DNA from: Conexivisphaerales archaeon
GTDB taxonomy: Archaea > Thermoproteota > Nitrososphaeria > Conexivisphaerales > DTJL01
Direction: 5' to 3'
DNA: 17,511 bases
NCBI GenBank assembly: GCA_049509455.1
Contig: JBEKZX010000031.1
Span: 1-17,511, forward strand
Shown here: piece by piece, positions 1-7,584 of the stretch
How positions within the stretch are numbered: position 1 is the first letter of the stretch
Layout of the letters: every line of letters starts with the position of its first letter
Notes under the pieces: generated by a model
Seen by the model: the letters and a program-made list of their open reading frames with translations, nothing else
Databases searched by the model: none
What the model was told of the DNA's origin: nothing
Translations under genes and position numbers: made by a program

Positions 1-391
1 GCACGTCCAGCTTCTGGCCATATTCGGTGTTCCCGACAAGGCTGCCGTTCCCATACAAGTCAAACGTCATTCGGTCGAATGCCACGGCGTCCCTGTTGGG
101 GTTGACCATGACGAGCCTCACGTTGACGTCAATGGAGGTCGACGTTGCCTCCTGGAGTTGAACTTCTTCGATGCCCAACCTCACTTTCTCTAGGGTTGCC
201 CTCTGCGCGGCCTGCTGCGTACTGTAGATGGCGATTGTGACCACTGCGACGACTATCGCTATGGTGATGAGCGCGCCGAGCACGTTCCTGCGCCTGTGAG
301 ATCTCCGATGGGCACCACTAGTCGGGGCATGTCTCGAGGCCCGTCGGCTCAGTGATCCGCCGTCGTGGCCGGAGCCATCCCGTTCCACCAT
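1..391 (-). CDS. LEA_2/WHy-domain protein with N-terminal membrane anchor (partial, runs off the left edge)
   Basis: Not in the ORF track; translated by hand from ATG 391 with no stop to position 2: MVERDGSGHDGGSLSRRASRHAPTSGAHRRSHRRRNVLGALITIAIVVAVVTIAIYSTQQAAQRATLEKVRLGIEEVQLQEATSTSIDVNVRLVMVNPNRDAVAFDRMTFDLYGNGSLVGNTEYGQKLDV. An Arg-rich segment, a hydrophobic helix, then V-N-P-N...F-D-L-Y-x-N-G-x-L-V-G, as in LEA_2/WHy domains. Confidence 0.75.
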   Translation of the reverse strand, partial: MVERDGSGHDGGSLSRRASRHAPTSGAHRRSHRRRNVLGALITIAIVVAVVTIAIYSTQQAAQRATLEKVRLGIEEVQLQEATSTSIDVNVRLVMVNPNRDAVAFDRMTFDLYGNGSLVGNTEYGQKLDV

Positions 392-606
392 CCCCGTACC
401 AAATGACAGAGAACAGGGCACGCCAAAGATCACCCAACGCCTTCCAAGCCGCGCATTCCTCTGCAGGGCATTTTGGATTCCCCATTAAAAAGGTTCGTCG
501 CCTTCATATCGAAATGCGGCGCCCCAGACCGAGGCCTTGAGGCTGGGGCGCTGACGGACCGCACGTCCTGGATTGGTGTTCATATCCCGCCTATTCGGCT
601 CCAACT

Positions 607-1110
607 TTACCGTTTTTGAATCTCGGGGAAGAGGTGAAGGAGGGCTTCGAACGACCATCTGGAGAAGGTGAGACACTTCGCCAGCCCTGTCGCCTCAACC
701 TCGGCGGACCATGGCTGACCACTCGGCGAGGACATCTCCCCGAAGGGATCCCCTCTGTCCAGCTTTGGGGGGGGGGAGGCTCCTTTCCTCATCATTTTGA
801 CCTCCCCGATCGAGATGAGGTACAATGCAAGGCCGCGGTCTCCTTCACTCAGGATCTTCTCTCCAGGCTCGAACGAAAGCAATTCACCCAGCCTGACTAC
901 GGTCAGCAGGTCCTTTCGCTTCAGGCTGGCGAAGAGCCCCTCCTCTGCCAAGGAATCAATCAGGTGCTCCGGCGGGTGATTTCCTTGATGGGTCCGTAGG
1001 CCCCTGAGTAGTCTACCCCCAGAGCCCCCTGCGCGGCCGAGCACAGCGCGCCCCCATACGCCAAGCCTGGGAAACGCCTCCTCTGGGCGAAGCCGATCGA
1101 TCATCTTCAT
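607..1110 (-). CDS. Cyclic-nucleotide-binding (cNMP/CAP_ED) domain protein, degenerate, possible pseudogene
   Basis: LFASL...SFEPGEKILSEGDRGLALYLISIGEV...GDPFGEM...SAEVEA...F..LL..FPEI follows the cNMP consensus. The ATG overlaps the upstream GT4 stop (ATGA, 1107-1110). The phosphate-binding cassette reads GEMSSPSGQPWSA rather than GE..LL...PRSA. Confidence 0.75.
   Translation of the reverse strand: MKMIDRLRPEEAFPRLGVWGRAVLGRAGGSGGRLLRGLRTHQGNHPPEHLIDSLAEEGLFASLKRKDLLTVVRLGELLSFEPGEKILSEGDRGLALYLISIGEVKMMRKGASPPPKLDRGDPFGEMSSPSGQPWSAEVEATGLAKCLTFSRWSFEALLHLFPEIQKR
767..776 (+). repeat. G10 homopolymer (C10 on the coding strand of the cNMP gene)
   Basis: Ten consecutive G at 767-776, encoding S-P-P-P on the minus strand. 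Confidence 0.95.
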
Positions 1111-2504
1111 CTGACAGTCGCCTCTTTCAGCGATTCCGCTCCCCCGGGGAGGAGGAGCCTCAGGTAGCTGTATTCGCTCTTGGCCACGTTCTCCCAGGAG
1201 CTGTGAAGCTCCAGGAACCGTTCGAGCCTTGGGTCACGCCGCATCTCCTCGAAGGACCGATCGTCCATCCTGAGGACCCTGGCCACCTCCCTGGCCATCG
1301 ATGCCGTATCGCCCTCCTCGACTAGGCTCACGCCCGGGAGCCCACTGTACACCGAAGTCATCGCTGGTATGCCGTTGGCCACCAGGGCGGCGCCGGAGGC
1401 CAGGGCCTCGAGCGCCGCCAGGGAGAAGGAATCCAAGTGCGTAGGGTAAACCAGGACCTTCGCTTCGGAGAGCTCCTTGAGGAGCCTTCCCCTATCGAGG
1501 TAACCCAAGTATTCGATGTTTCTGACGCCCAGCTCCTTGACCAGAGAGAAGAACCTCTCCCTGTAGCGTTGTGCTTGGAACGGTCCTGCCAACTTCAATT
1601 TGGCTTCGGGACATAGCCTATTCACGCCGCGCCATATGAACGGAATCTCATGGAGGCCCTTGGATGGGCCCAATCTGGTGAAGTAGATGGCTGTCGGCCC
1701 CCTGCCGGTGGGGGTGTTTCGCCAATCTATCGCGCTGTCGAAGGCGTTAGCGGGGCTCGGGACCCCCACGGCGCAGCCGTGTTCGCGGGCCATTTTCACC
1801 ATCCCCGAGCTGATTAGGGGGGAGCTCGAGACGGACAGCAGTAGCCTGAGCCTTCCCATGCGTATCAACCTCTCGTAGATGGAACCCAGGGGCCTGCCGA
1901 GAACCAAGTCGGAGAAATACCTCGCGTTCCTGACCGACGAAGAAGTTCGCGTCGAGGAGAACGCGTCAATTTGCAGCATCGCACCGCAGTTGGCCCCTTT
2001 GACCCGCCTGCCGATCCTATCCAGCATCCACATGCACTCCAGAGACTCAGATGTGCTGTACAGGAAGGCCGTCCTGTCGGAGGCCAAGCCCGCCAGAGAG
2101 CGGTAGCGAAGGAGCGCACCTCCCTCGACATCCTTGACATGAATAGACGAAAGTGGTCCGAAGGTCAGGACCCTGTTGAGGGTGGGATTGGAGTTCAACC
2201 CGCCGACGCTCAAGCTGCACGCGTATTCCAGCACCGATTCGACGTCCTCCATGGGCAGTTCACAGTATCTGCTGGCCTCCTTCATGCTTTGGACGATGTA
2301 CGAGCGGGCCCCGTCGACGGTGAAGCCGGTTGAAGACAAGATCTTCGTCACCCACAGCAGAAGATTGGCCTGGGGTAGGACCAGCAGGGAGATGTCCTCC
2401 TGGGCAAAGCACTTGGAAAGGTGGGGGAGGACGTTGTAGTATCTCAGGAAAGCGCCGACCCCTACGTTGATCGGGCACCCCAGCACCACGCCGACCTTTT
2501 TCAA
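1107..2504 (-). CDS. Glycosyltransferase family 4 (GT-B fold, Glycos_transf_1 C-terminal domain)
   Basis: 465-aa ORF with IYFTRLGPSKGL, KLKLAG, IEYLGYL and VLVYPTHLDSFSLAALEALASG (D-x7-E variant of E-x7-E). TTG start preceded by GGGGAAGGGA. Confidence 0.9.
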   Translation of the reverse strand: MKKVGVVLGCPINVGVGAFLRYYNVLPHLSKCFAQEDISLLVLPQANLLLWVTKILSSTGFTVDGARSYIVQSMKEASRYCELPMEDVESVLEYACSLSVGGLNSNPTLNRVLTFGPLSSIHVKDVEGGALLRYRSLAGLASDRTAFLYSTSESLECMWMLDRIGRRVKGANCGAMLQIDAFSSTRTSSSVRNARYFSDLVLGRPLGSIYERLIRMGRLRLLLSVSSSPLISSGMVKMAREHGCAVGVPSPANAFDSAIDWRNTPTGRGPTAIYFTRLGPSKGLHEIPFIWRGVNRLCPEAKLKLAGPFQAQRYRERFFSLVKELGVRNIEYLGYLDRGRLLKELSEAKVLVYPTHLDSFSLAALEALASGAALVANGIPAMTSVYSGLPGVSLVEEGDTASMAREVARVLRMDDRSFEEMRRDPRLERFLELHSSWENVAKSEYSYLRLLLPGGAESLKEATVR

Positions 2505-2792
2505 TCCCTTCCCCCGCCAAGAGCATCGGTCGGATCATCGGAGCACCACCTGCCGCCCCGCCTCTGGACGATTCCCGGGACCTGGAAGGACCCGCTGGAG
2601 GAGGGAAGTTCGGGTCTGGCTTTCGGACGGGACGTGGTCATCGAAAGAGTTCCCCCGTGTCCGGGGGAGGCCTTCCGTGCTTTAAGGCATGACGCCATTT
2701 GGCCTTGATGGCAGCGGATGAGCAGCTCATCTCCAACTTCCCCCCGGTTGAAGTCGCACCCAAGAAGACATCGAAAACACATAGGCCTTCTG

Positions 2793-2809
2793 TTTATTAG
2801 GGGCCTAGG
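2793..2809 (+). promoter_or_regulatory. TATA-like box plus conserved downstream GG.CCTAGG (copy 1)
   Basis: TTTATTAGGGGCCTAGG, with an ATG 26 nt after TTTATTA (2826). 15/17 identical to the minus-strand copy at 7585-7601. Confidence 0.45.
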
Positions 2810-2892
2810 GCCGTCTCCGCAGCGGATGAGCGACGTTCCGCGGGACAAGGAGGTCCTGTGGGAAGGGCCTCAGCCAAGTATGTGAAGAAAAC

Positions 2893-2988
2893 ATGAAGCC
2901 AACGGAGGAGTCATCTTACTGGCGGGGGCTGGCCCTGCCGTTGACGCTGGTCGCGGCCGTCACTCTGATGGCGGTGAGGAGAGAGTGA
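2893..2988 (+). CDS. 31-aa hydrophobic ORF; either a coupled mini-protein or the frameshifted first helix of the 1170-aa protein
   Basis: MKPTEESSYWRGLALPLTLVAAVTLMAVRRE*; its TGA overlaps the GTG of the next gene (GTGA, 2985-2988). Confidence 0.4.
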   Translation: MKPTEESSYWRGLALPLTLVAAVTLMAVRRE

Positions 2989-5900
2989 AGTACGTCGGAG
3001 CGATGACCATCGTCCTCCCCATGGTCGTGGCTGGGGCTGCCTACTCGCTCTCCTACTCAGCGTCACCTGTGCCGGTGGACCCCTATTCACCCTACGTCTA
3101 CGTCTCCGCCCTCGAGGGAAGGGCGAACCTCCTGAGCCTCCTTATCAGGGGGGCTCTGGGGCTGCAGCCTTCGCTCGTGATGCTGTGCCTGGCGGTGGCC
3201 TGCACGGGCATGCTCTCCGTCTCCGCTTACTCCGTGGCTAAGTGGGCTGGCCTTGGCCCCTACGCACGGCTCCTCGCGGTCCTGGCGGTGCTCATCTTGC
3301 CGATGTCAAATTACGCCGCCTTCACTGGGCTCTCTGCACTTGTGATGCCGGCCGCCCTCATTTCTCTCGGCCTCTCCATCGCCCTGTGGGGAAAGAGGAT
3401 ATACGTGGCCGTTGGCCTGGCTTTCATAGTCCTCTCCGTCTTCATCGATCCCACGTTCTCCTTTGTCGCGTGCCTCGTGGCCGCGTCGTGGTCAGCGATA
3501 ATGTGGCAGAATCGCAAAGACGAGGCTTTCAGCTACGCCATGCTGTCCAGTTCATGCTTCCTGGCCGGCATCGCCGGCCTGACCCTGACTCAGCCGGTAA
3601 ACGTGCCACTGGCCCTTCCTGACTCGTTCCACCTGCTAGGCGACCCGCTCCTGTATACGGCGGTCGTAGCCGTCGCGATCATCGCTAGCCTTCTGTCATA
3701 CAAGGAGAGGGGCAGCCAGGCCGTCAAGGGCACCCTCTGGATGTTCATCCCTCTGGCCCTAAGCCTGGGGTTCGATGGCGCCACCGCGATGAGCTTGGTG
3801 CCCATGGCCTTCTTCTCCGCCTACGCCTTCTCCTACGCTGTTAGACGGCTGGTCTCCAGGTCCGCTGAGGGCGGCGAGGCCGTCTTCGACATCGACGTCT
3901 CCAAGTTCTTCGCGCTCGTGCTGGTGCTGCTTGTCCTCTCCTCGTCGGTGGCCTCCACACTGACGCTGGTCCATTCGCAGGGGACGGAGAACTCTGACTC
4001 CACGGCTATCTTACAGGCGGCGTCCTTCCTCAAGGGAACGGGCTCCACTCTAATCGCTCCGATTTCGTTGCTGCCTTGGCTGTCGGTGTACTCCGGCCAG
4101 GGGATACAAGCGCTGGGCGCCGACCAGTCGGACTTCTGGTTGCAGACCGATTTCAGGTTACAGAGTCCCCTGGTGCGGGTCGACGACTGGGAGCCCTTCT
4201 CGGTGGCTCGATCACCCAGGATAGCCGTGTCTGACGGGTCCGCATTCGAATACATGCTCTACATTGATGATTCTTACGCGAAGTTCACCATGTCCATGGG
4301 TAACGACTCGTGGACCGAAAGCCCCTATGGAATGACGTATTTGGGGTACAGGTGGCTCAATAACTCGTCTTATGAGCTGGACTACAGCAGCAGCTGGCTC
4401 AACATGGCGAAGGTGATCGCGGTCAACGGTTCGGATGTAAACATCACGTACGGATTCACCGCGCTGGGAGGTGCGAGCGTGTCTGACGCCCAAATATCCA
4501 TCTTCCCCGATTCGCAGGACATAAGCTACTTCAGCACCAACGGGAGCTCGGCAGTCGTGATCGTTGGAGGCGTGGGTTTCAACCTGCAGGGTGGGAGAGG
4601 CTCCTCGTTGGCATTAGGGTCGGCGCCCCCCAGCATAACCCTGGCCCTTCCTCTAAATGCCTCGAACGGGACCGTCTCCCTGACCATCGGATGCCTCGAC
4701 GCCGTGGCCGGCCCTGAAGCGGGATACGCCGCCTCGCTCTTGGACCTATTCCGGGGGCCAGGGCCCGAGTACGTCGTCACGACCAGGGGTGCATTCCAAA
4801 GTCAATGGAACCTTACGGCGACATTGCTTGACTCGCTGGACCTCATCGACGCATACCAGTCCGTGGAGTTCTCCGTCGAGGAGCCCACCTCAATGATACT
4901 GGGCGATTCTTACGTAAGGGCCAGCTTCTACACCTACTCCAATGATACGGCCCCGGTCTTCTCTGTGAACGATTCCTTCGTGAAGGCGACAATCGTGGCC
5001 GGGGGAACGACCTTCAACGAATCGCTTCAGAATGGCACGGTGGTGAACGAGGCGGTCAATGAAACAGGCAGGTTCGTCGAGTACGAGACGAACTCCTTGA
5101 TGGTCAATAAGAGCCTGTCCCTTACGGGCGGGTCGCTCTCGCTTAGGTACGACTTCGCAGCTATCGGGGGCAACGTGACTTCCGTCAGCGCATTTCTATC
5201 GTTGCCGTCCGACCAAGGCTACTCGTATTCCCAGGGGAGAGGGTTCACCGTATTGGCGATGGCCATGGGTTCGTTCAACTTGACCTACGGCCAGCAGTTC
5301 CAGGCCGTGGTGGGGTCGGTGGGTCCCGGAGGGCAGCCTGGCATACTGATCAGCGGGCCTGGGGGTGCGATCGCCATATCAGTGGATGCCGTTCAGCCTC
5401 TATCGTCGGAGTACCTCCCGGCTTCCAGGCCTGCAATGAACGGGTCAGACTACCTGCAGGTGAGCGCCCCCTTCCTCAGCGGGCCGTGGATCGAGTCGCC
5501 ATCGGGGGCCGCCGTGGTGGAACGAGGGCAGGGATTCGTGGTCGCCCAAGGAAAAAACTTGGTCTACAACAAGACGTACGAGTTCACAGCGCAAGGCGCC
5601 ACCGTCACCTACAGGTTCGCGCCCATAGGCAGGACCATCATTATTGGAGGCTATGCCATGCTCGCCATCTACACCGACTTCTCTCAAGCGAACTACAGTT
5701 ACACGAGCGATGGCCTTTCGTTGGAGGGATACGACATCTCGATATCGTCAGGGCTGGTTTCTACGGCGCTCACCACCTATGGGAACGATCCCGTCCTCAA
5801 CATCACTTACAGCGGAGACGCCCTGGGCGTCATGGTGCAGGGCGACCTCAACGCTTCATATGATTCCTCCGGGTCCGCGCCATTGAACGACCAGATGGTC

Positions 5901-6497
5901 CTCGCCGTCCAGCTGCCCAAATATTACTCGGAAAGCCCATACGATGCCCTTGTGACCAGCGACCAGGTTTCTGATGGAGTGAGGACCGTCGTCTACCAAA
6001 CCGAAGGGCTAACCTTCACCAAGACCGTCTCGATTCCTGGCAACCACACACTCCAAATCAGCTACGAAGTGCGAACCAGAGGGTCGCAGTCGATAAAGTC
6101 CATTTCGTCGGTGGTCTGGATTCCGTGGGAACGGTTCCTGGTCAACTACAGCGGGAGCGGGGCTATGATCTCGCTTCAACTAGACTCAGGCCAATTCAAC
6201 CTCACGTTCGCGCCGGCGCCATCCAACACCAGCTACGTCGTCGACCCCCAGCCTGCCATCATGGCCGTCTTCCAGAGCCCCGCCGTCAACGAATTCAACT
6301 ACTCCATCACCATCACATCGGCGTCACTCCTTTCGACCGCCTTTGTAGACACCTCTAGGCCTCAGGAGACGGGAAGCGACGCCATCACAGTCTACTCCTA
6401 TAGCGGGTTCCTCCAGCCCGTCTATCAGGTCGGCGATCTAGTTGTGTACAAGGTCATCCCGTTGGGCGATTTGAATGGCACCCTTGGTCTTCCATGA
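2985..6497 (+). CDS. Large polytopic membrane protein, GT-C-like (STT3/ArnT-type layout), with ~850-aa glycosylated extracellular region
   Basis: 1170-aa ORF. About 330 hydrophobic N-terminal residues (roughly 9-10 predicted helices by eye), an acidic VDPY in the first loop (3075-3086), then a Ser/Thr/Asn-rich beta-type region with about 28 N-X-S/T sequons. LLDLFRGPGPEYVV and terminal FLQPVYQVGDLVVYKV resemble GT-C C-terminal core elements. No WWDYG. GGTGAGGAG precedes the GTG. Confidence 0.85.
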   Translation: MKYVGAMTIVLPMVVAGAAYSLSYSASPVPVDPYSPYVYVSALEGRANLLSLLIRGALGLQPSLVMLCLAVACTGMLSVSAYSVAKWAGLGPYARLLAVLAVLILPMSNYAAFTGLSALVMPAALISLGLSIALWGKRIYVAVGLAFIVLSVFIDPTFSFVACLVAASWSAIMWQNRKDEAFSYAMLSSSCFLAGIAGLTLTQPVNVPLALPDSFHLLGDPLLYTAVVAVAIIASLLSYKERGSQAVKGTLWMFIPLALSLGFDGATAMSLVPMAFFSAYAFSYAVRRLVSRSAEGGEAVFDIDVSKFFALVLVLLVLSSSVASTLTLVHSQGTENSDSTAILQAASFLKGTGSTLIAPISLLPWLSVYSGQGIQALGADQSDFWLQTDFRLQSPLVRVDDWEPFSVARSPRIAVSDGSAFEYMLYIDDSYAKFTMSMGNDSWTESPYGMTYLGYRWLNNSSYELDYSSSWLNMAKVIAVNGSDVNITYGFTALGGASVSDAQISIFPDSQDISYFSTNGSSAVVIVGGVGFNLQGGRGSSLALGSAPPSITLALPLNASNGTVSLTIGCLDAVAGPEAGYAASLLDLFRGPGPEYVVTTRGAFQSQWNLTATLLDSLDLIDAYQSVEFSVEEPTSMILGDSYVRASFYTYSNDTAPVFSVNDSFVKATIVAGGTTFNESLQNGTVVNEAVNETGRFVEYETNSLMVNKSLSLTGGSLSLRYDFAAIGGNVTSVSAFLSLPSDQGYSYSQGRGFTVLAMAMGSFNLTYGQQFQAVVGSVGPGGQPGILISGPGGAIAISVDAVQPLSSEYLPASRPAMNGSDYLQVSAPFLSGPWIESPSGAAVVERGQGFVVAQGKNLVYNKTYEFTAQGATVTYRFAPIGRTIIIGGYAMLAIYTDFSQANYSYTSDGLSLEGYDISISSGLVSTALTTYGNDPVLNITYSGDALGVMVQGDLNASYDSSGSAPLNDQMVLAVQLPKYYSESPYDALVTSDQVSDGVRTVVYQTEGLTFTKTVSIPGNHTLQISYEVRTRGSQSIKSISSVVWIPWERFLVNYSGSGAMISLQLDSGQFNLTFAPAPSNTSYVVDPQPAIMAVFQSPAVNEFNYSITITSASLLSTAFVDTSRPQETGSDAITVYSYSGFLQPVYQVGDLVVYKVIPLGDLNGTLGLP
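4311..6209 (+). repeat. Four diverged protein-level repeats in the extracellular region
   Basis: Modules anchored at W443 (4311, WTESPY), F677 (5013, FNESL), W835 (5487, WIESPS) and Y981 (5925, YSESPY). Each is followed by K-x-h-x-h...h-x-Y-x-F/V, and three end in G-x(0-1)-FNL. Confidence 0.7.
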
Positions 6498-6564
6498 CAT
6501 GTCGGTGGCGAAGTCCGGAGGCTGTATGCCGACGTCCTGTCAGACCGTTCAGGCGTTGGGAGCG

Positions 6565-6793
6565 AAGCCTGGGCCTTGCACGTTCCCAGAAGCTTGAAGT
6601 CCGGGTCGTCTTTGAAATGTTTGCACTGAAATGGGTATGATCGGGTTCTTCTGTGGTTGAAGAACGCTTGCCTCCTCTGGTAATTCGCCTTGTTCCACAG
6701 CCTTGCCGATGCCTCAGTGATCTTGTGTAGTTCCTCTTCTTGTTCTTCACCGGGATGTAGGAGCACCGTGTTCGTCCTCAGCAACGTCTTCAA
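6565..6793 (-). pseudogene. tnpB: tnpB N-terminal fragment (~76 codons; RuvC and zinc-finger regions absent)
   Basis: MKTLLRTNTVLLHPGEEQEEELHKITEASARLWNKANYQRRQAFFNH...FKDDPDFKLLGTCKAQA matches the RTN..L.P..EQ...L......ARLWN.ANY.RRQ.FF pattern of archaeal TnpB. None of the three frames continues as TnpB after AQA; the ORF runs on as unrelated sequence to 6425. Confidence 0.85.
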
Positions 6794-6813
6794 ACGATAG
6801 AAACGTCCCAGGA

Positions 6814-6820
6814 TATTTAA
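6814..6820 (-). promoter_or_regulatory. TATA box of tnpB
   Basis: TTAAATA on the minus strand, 20 nt before TTG 6793; no ribosome-binding site in between, consistent with a leaderless transcript. Confidence 0.55.
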
Positions 6821-6833
6821 TCAGCCTCGCTGA

Positions 6834-6858
6834 CCCACGGCTGAAGCCTGTGGGCTTG
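6834..6858 (-). other. IS200/IS605 left-end subterminal hairpin with 5' guide tetranucleotide CAAG
   Basis: CCCAC(A)GGC-TTCA-GCCGTGGG is an 8-bp stem with one bulged A; CAAG lies immediately 5'. A second hairpin, TCAGC-GAG-GCTGA (6821-6833), follows. Confidence 0.8.
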
Positions 6859-6947
6859 CGATCGGCATTGGTCAAAAGGAAGCTGAATTCTCTCGCAGAG
6901 GAGCAGGTAAAAGACACATCGGTCTACGTCCTCGGCGAGGGACGTCG

Positions 6948-7571
6948 CTACCCCTGGAACGTCGCCGCCCATGCCATCATGAGGTCGAGGATATCCTGGC
7001 TCGTGTCGAAGTACTGGATGCTGTAGACGCGACTCTCGTTTTGGTAGAAGCAAAGGGCTACCGCCCAGTAGTACGGTGCCCCGTTTGTTTCGGCGCTGTA
7101 CGTCCGATACAGCCATGAATTGCCATCGATAACAACGGTGCCGTTCGTCAGAAGAATAAGGTTGGAGCTGGACGTCGCGGCGCCCGCCGCAATGCCCCCC
7201 TCAACGTCCCCCTCGATGCCCTCGAATCCCGCGGTGTAGTTGTACGCATCAGCGGGGAGCCAGAATAAGGCGAGGGACGTGTTGCCTCCGTTCCAGGTCC
7301 AGGCCACCCCCCCGCTGTCCGTGTCCGAATAGTTCTCCAGCAGGCCAGTATACTTATCCTCCAAGCCCGCTGGATGCTGAATGCTCATCCCCCACTGGCT
7401 CCAGGTCGTCACCGTCGCGGGGGGTGCGGGGGATGCGGGGGGTGTCAGAATCGAGCTGAGCGCTAGGTAACCGAGGGATCCCCCTACCAACGCCACCAGG
7501 ATGACGATGATGACGGTTATCTTGCTCCTTCTCCTTTTGGGAGCCTTAAACTTCGGCGTCTGATGCCACCT
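6948..7571 (-). CDS. Membrane-anchored extracellular protein, PsbP-like fold suspected; start codon uncertain
   Basis: The track ORF 6948-7496 begins mid-helix. The frame is open to 7571 and adds RWHQTPKFKAPKRRRSKITVIIVIL before VALVGG. WGMSIQHPAG and IDG...YRTY...RVYSIQY...ATF resemble PsbP-related domains. Five sequons. Confidence 0.7.
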   Translation of the reverse strand, partial: RWHQTPKFKAPKRRRSKITVIIVILVALVGGSLGYLALSSILTPPASPAPPATVTTWSQWGMSIQHPAGLEDKYTGLLENYSDTDSGGVAWTWNGGNTSLALFWLPADAYNYTAGFEGIEGDVEGGIAAGAATSSSNLILLTNGTVVIDGNSWLYRTYSAETNGAPYYWAVALCFYQNESRVYSIQYFDTSQDILDLMMAWAATFQG

Positions 7572-7584
7572 TCAGGTCGTACGT

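Larger units (their letters stand above)
6565..6870 (-). mobile_element. Truncated IS200/IS605-family element (IS1341-type: left end plus tnpB 5' fragment, no tnpA, right end not found)
   Basis: On the minus strand: TTGAC|CAATGCCGATCG-CAAG-CCCACAGGCTTCAGCCGTGGG, then a TATA box and the tnpB start. TnpB similarity stops near 6565. Confidence 0.75.

Noticed and set aside
2501-2848. 115-aa Cys-containing ORF overlapping the GT4 start (TTGA)
   Set aside because: The overlap is suggestive, but the Cys spacing fits no zinc-binding motif I recognise, and the ORF runs across the plus-strand promoter candidate. Left uncalled.
2883-2885. Selenocysteine read-through of the in-frame TGA
   Set aside because: No redox-type context, no SECIS-like element seen, and the read-through peptide lacks the expected hydrophobic character.
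2985-6497. Calling the large membrane protein aglB
   Set aside because: No WWDYG motif, and fewer apparent helices than AglB.
6495-6565. Possible IS right end or omegaRNA ending ...GACATGTCA at the stop codon of the 1170-aa gene
   Set aside because: It ends in TCA and has a weak GTCGG/CCGAC stem, but shows no similarity to the left-end hairpin. Not enough to call a right end or guide RNA.
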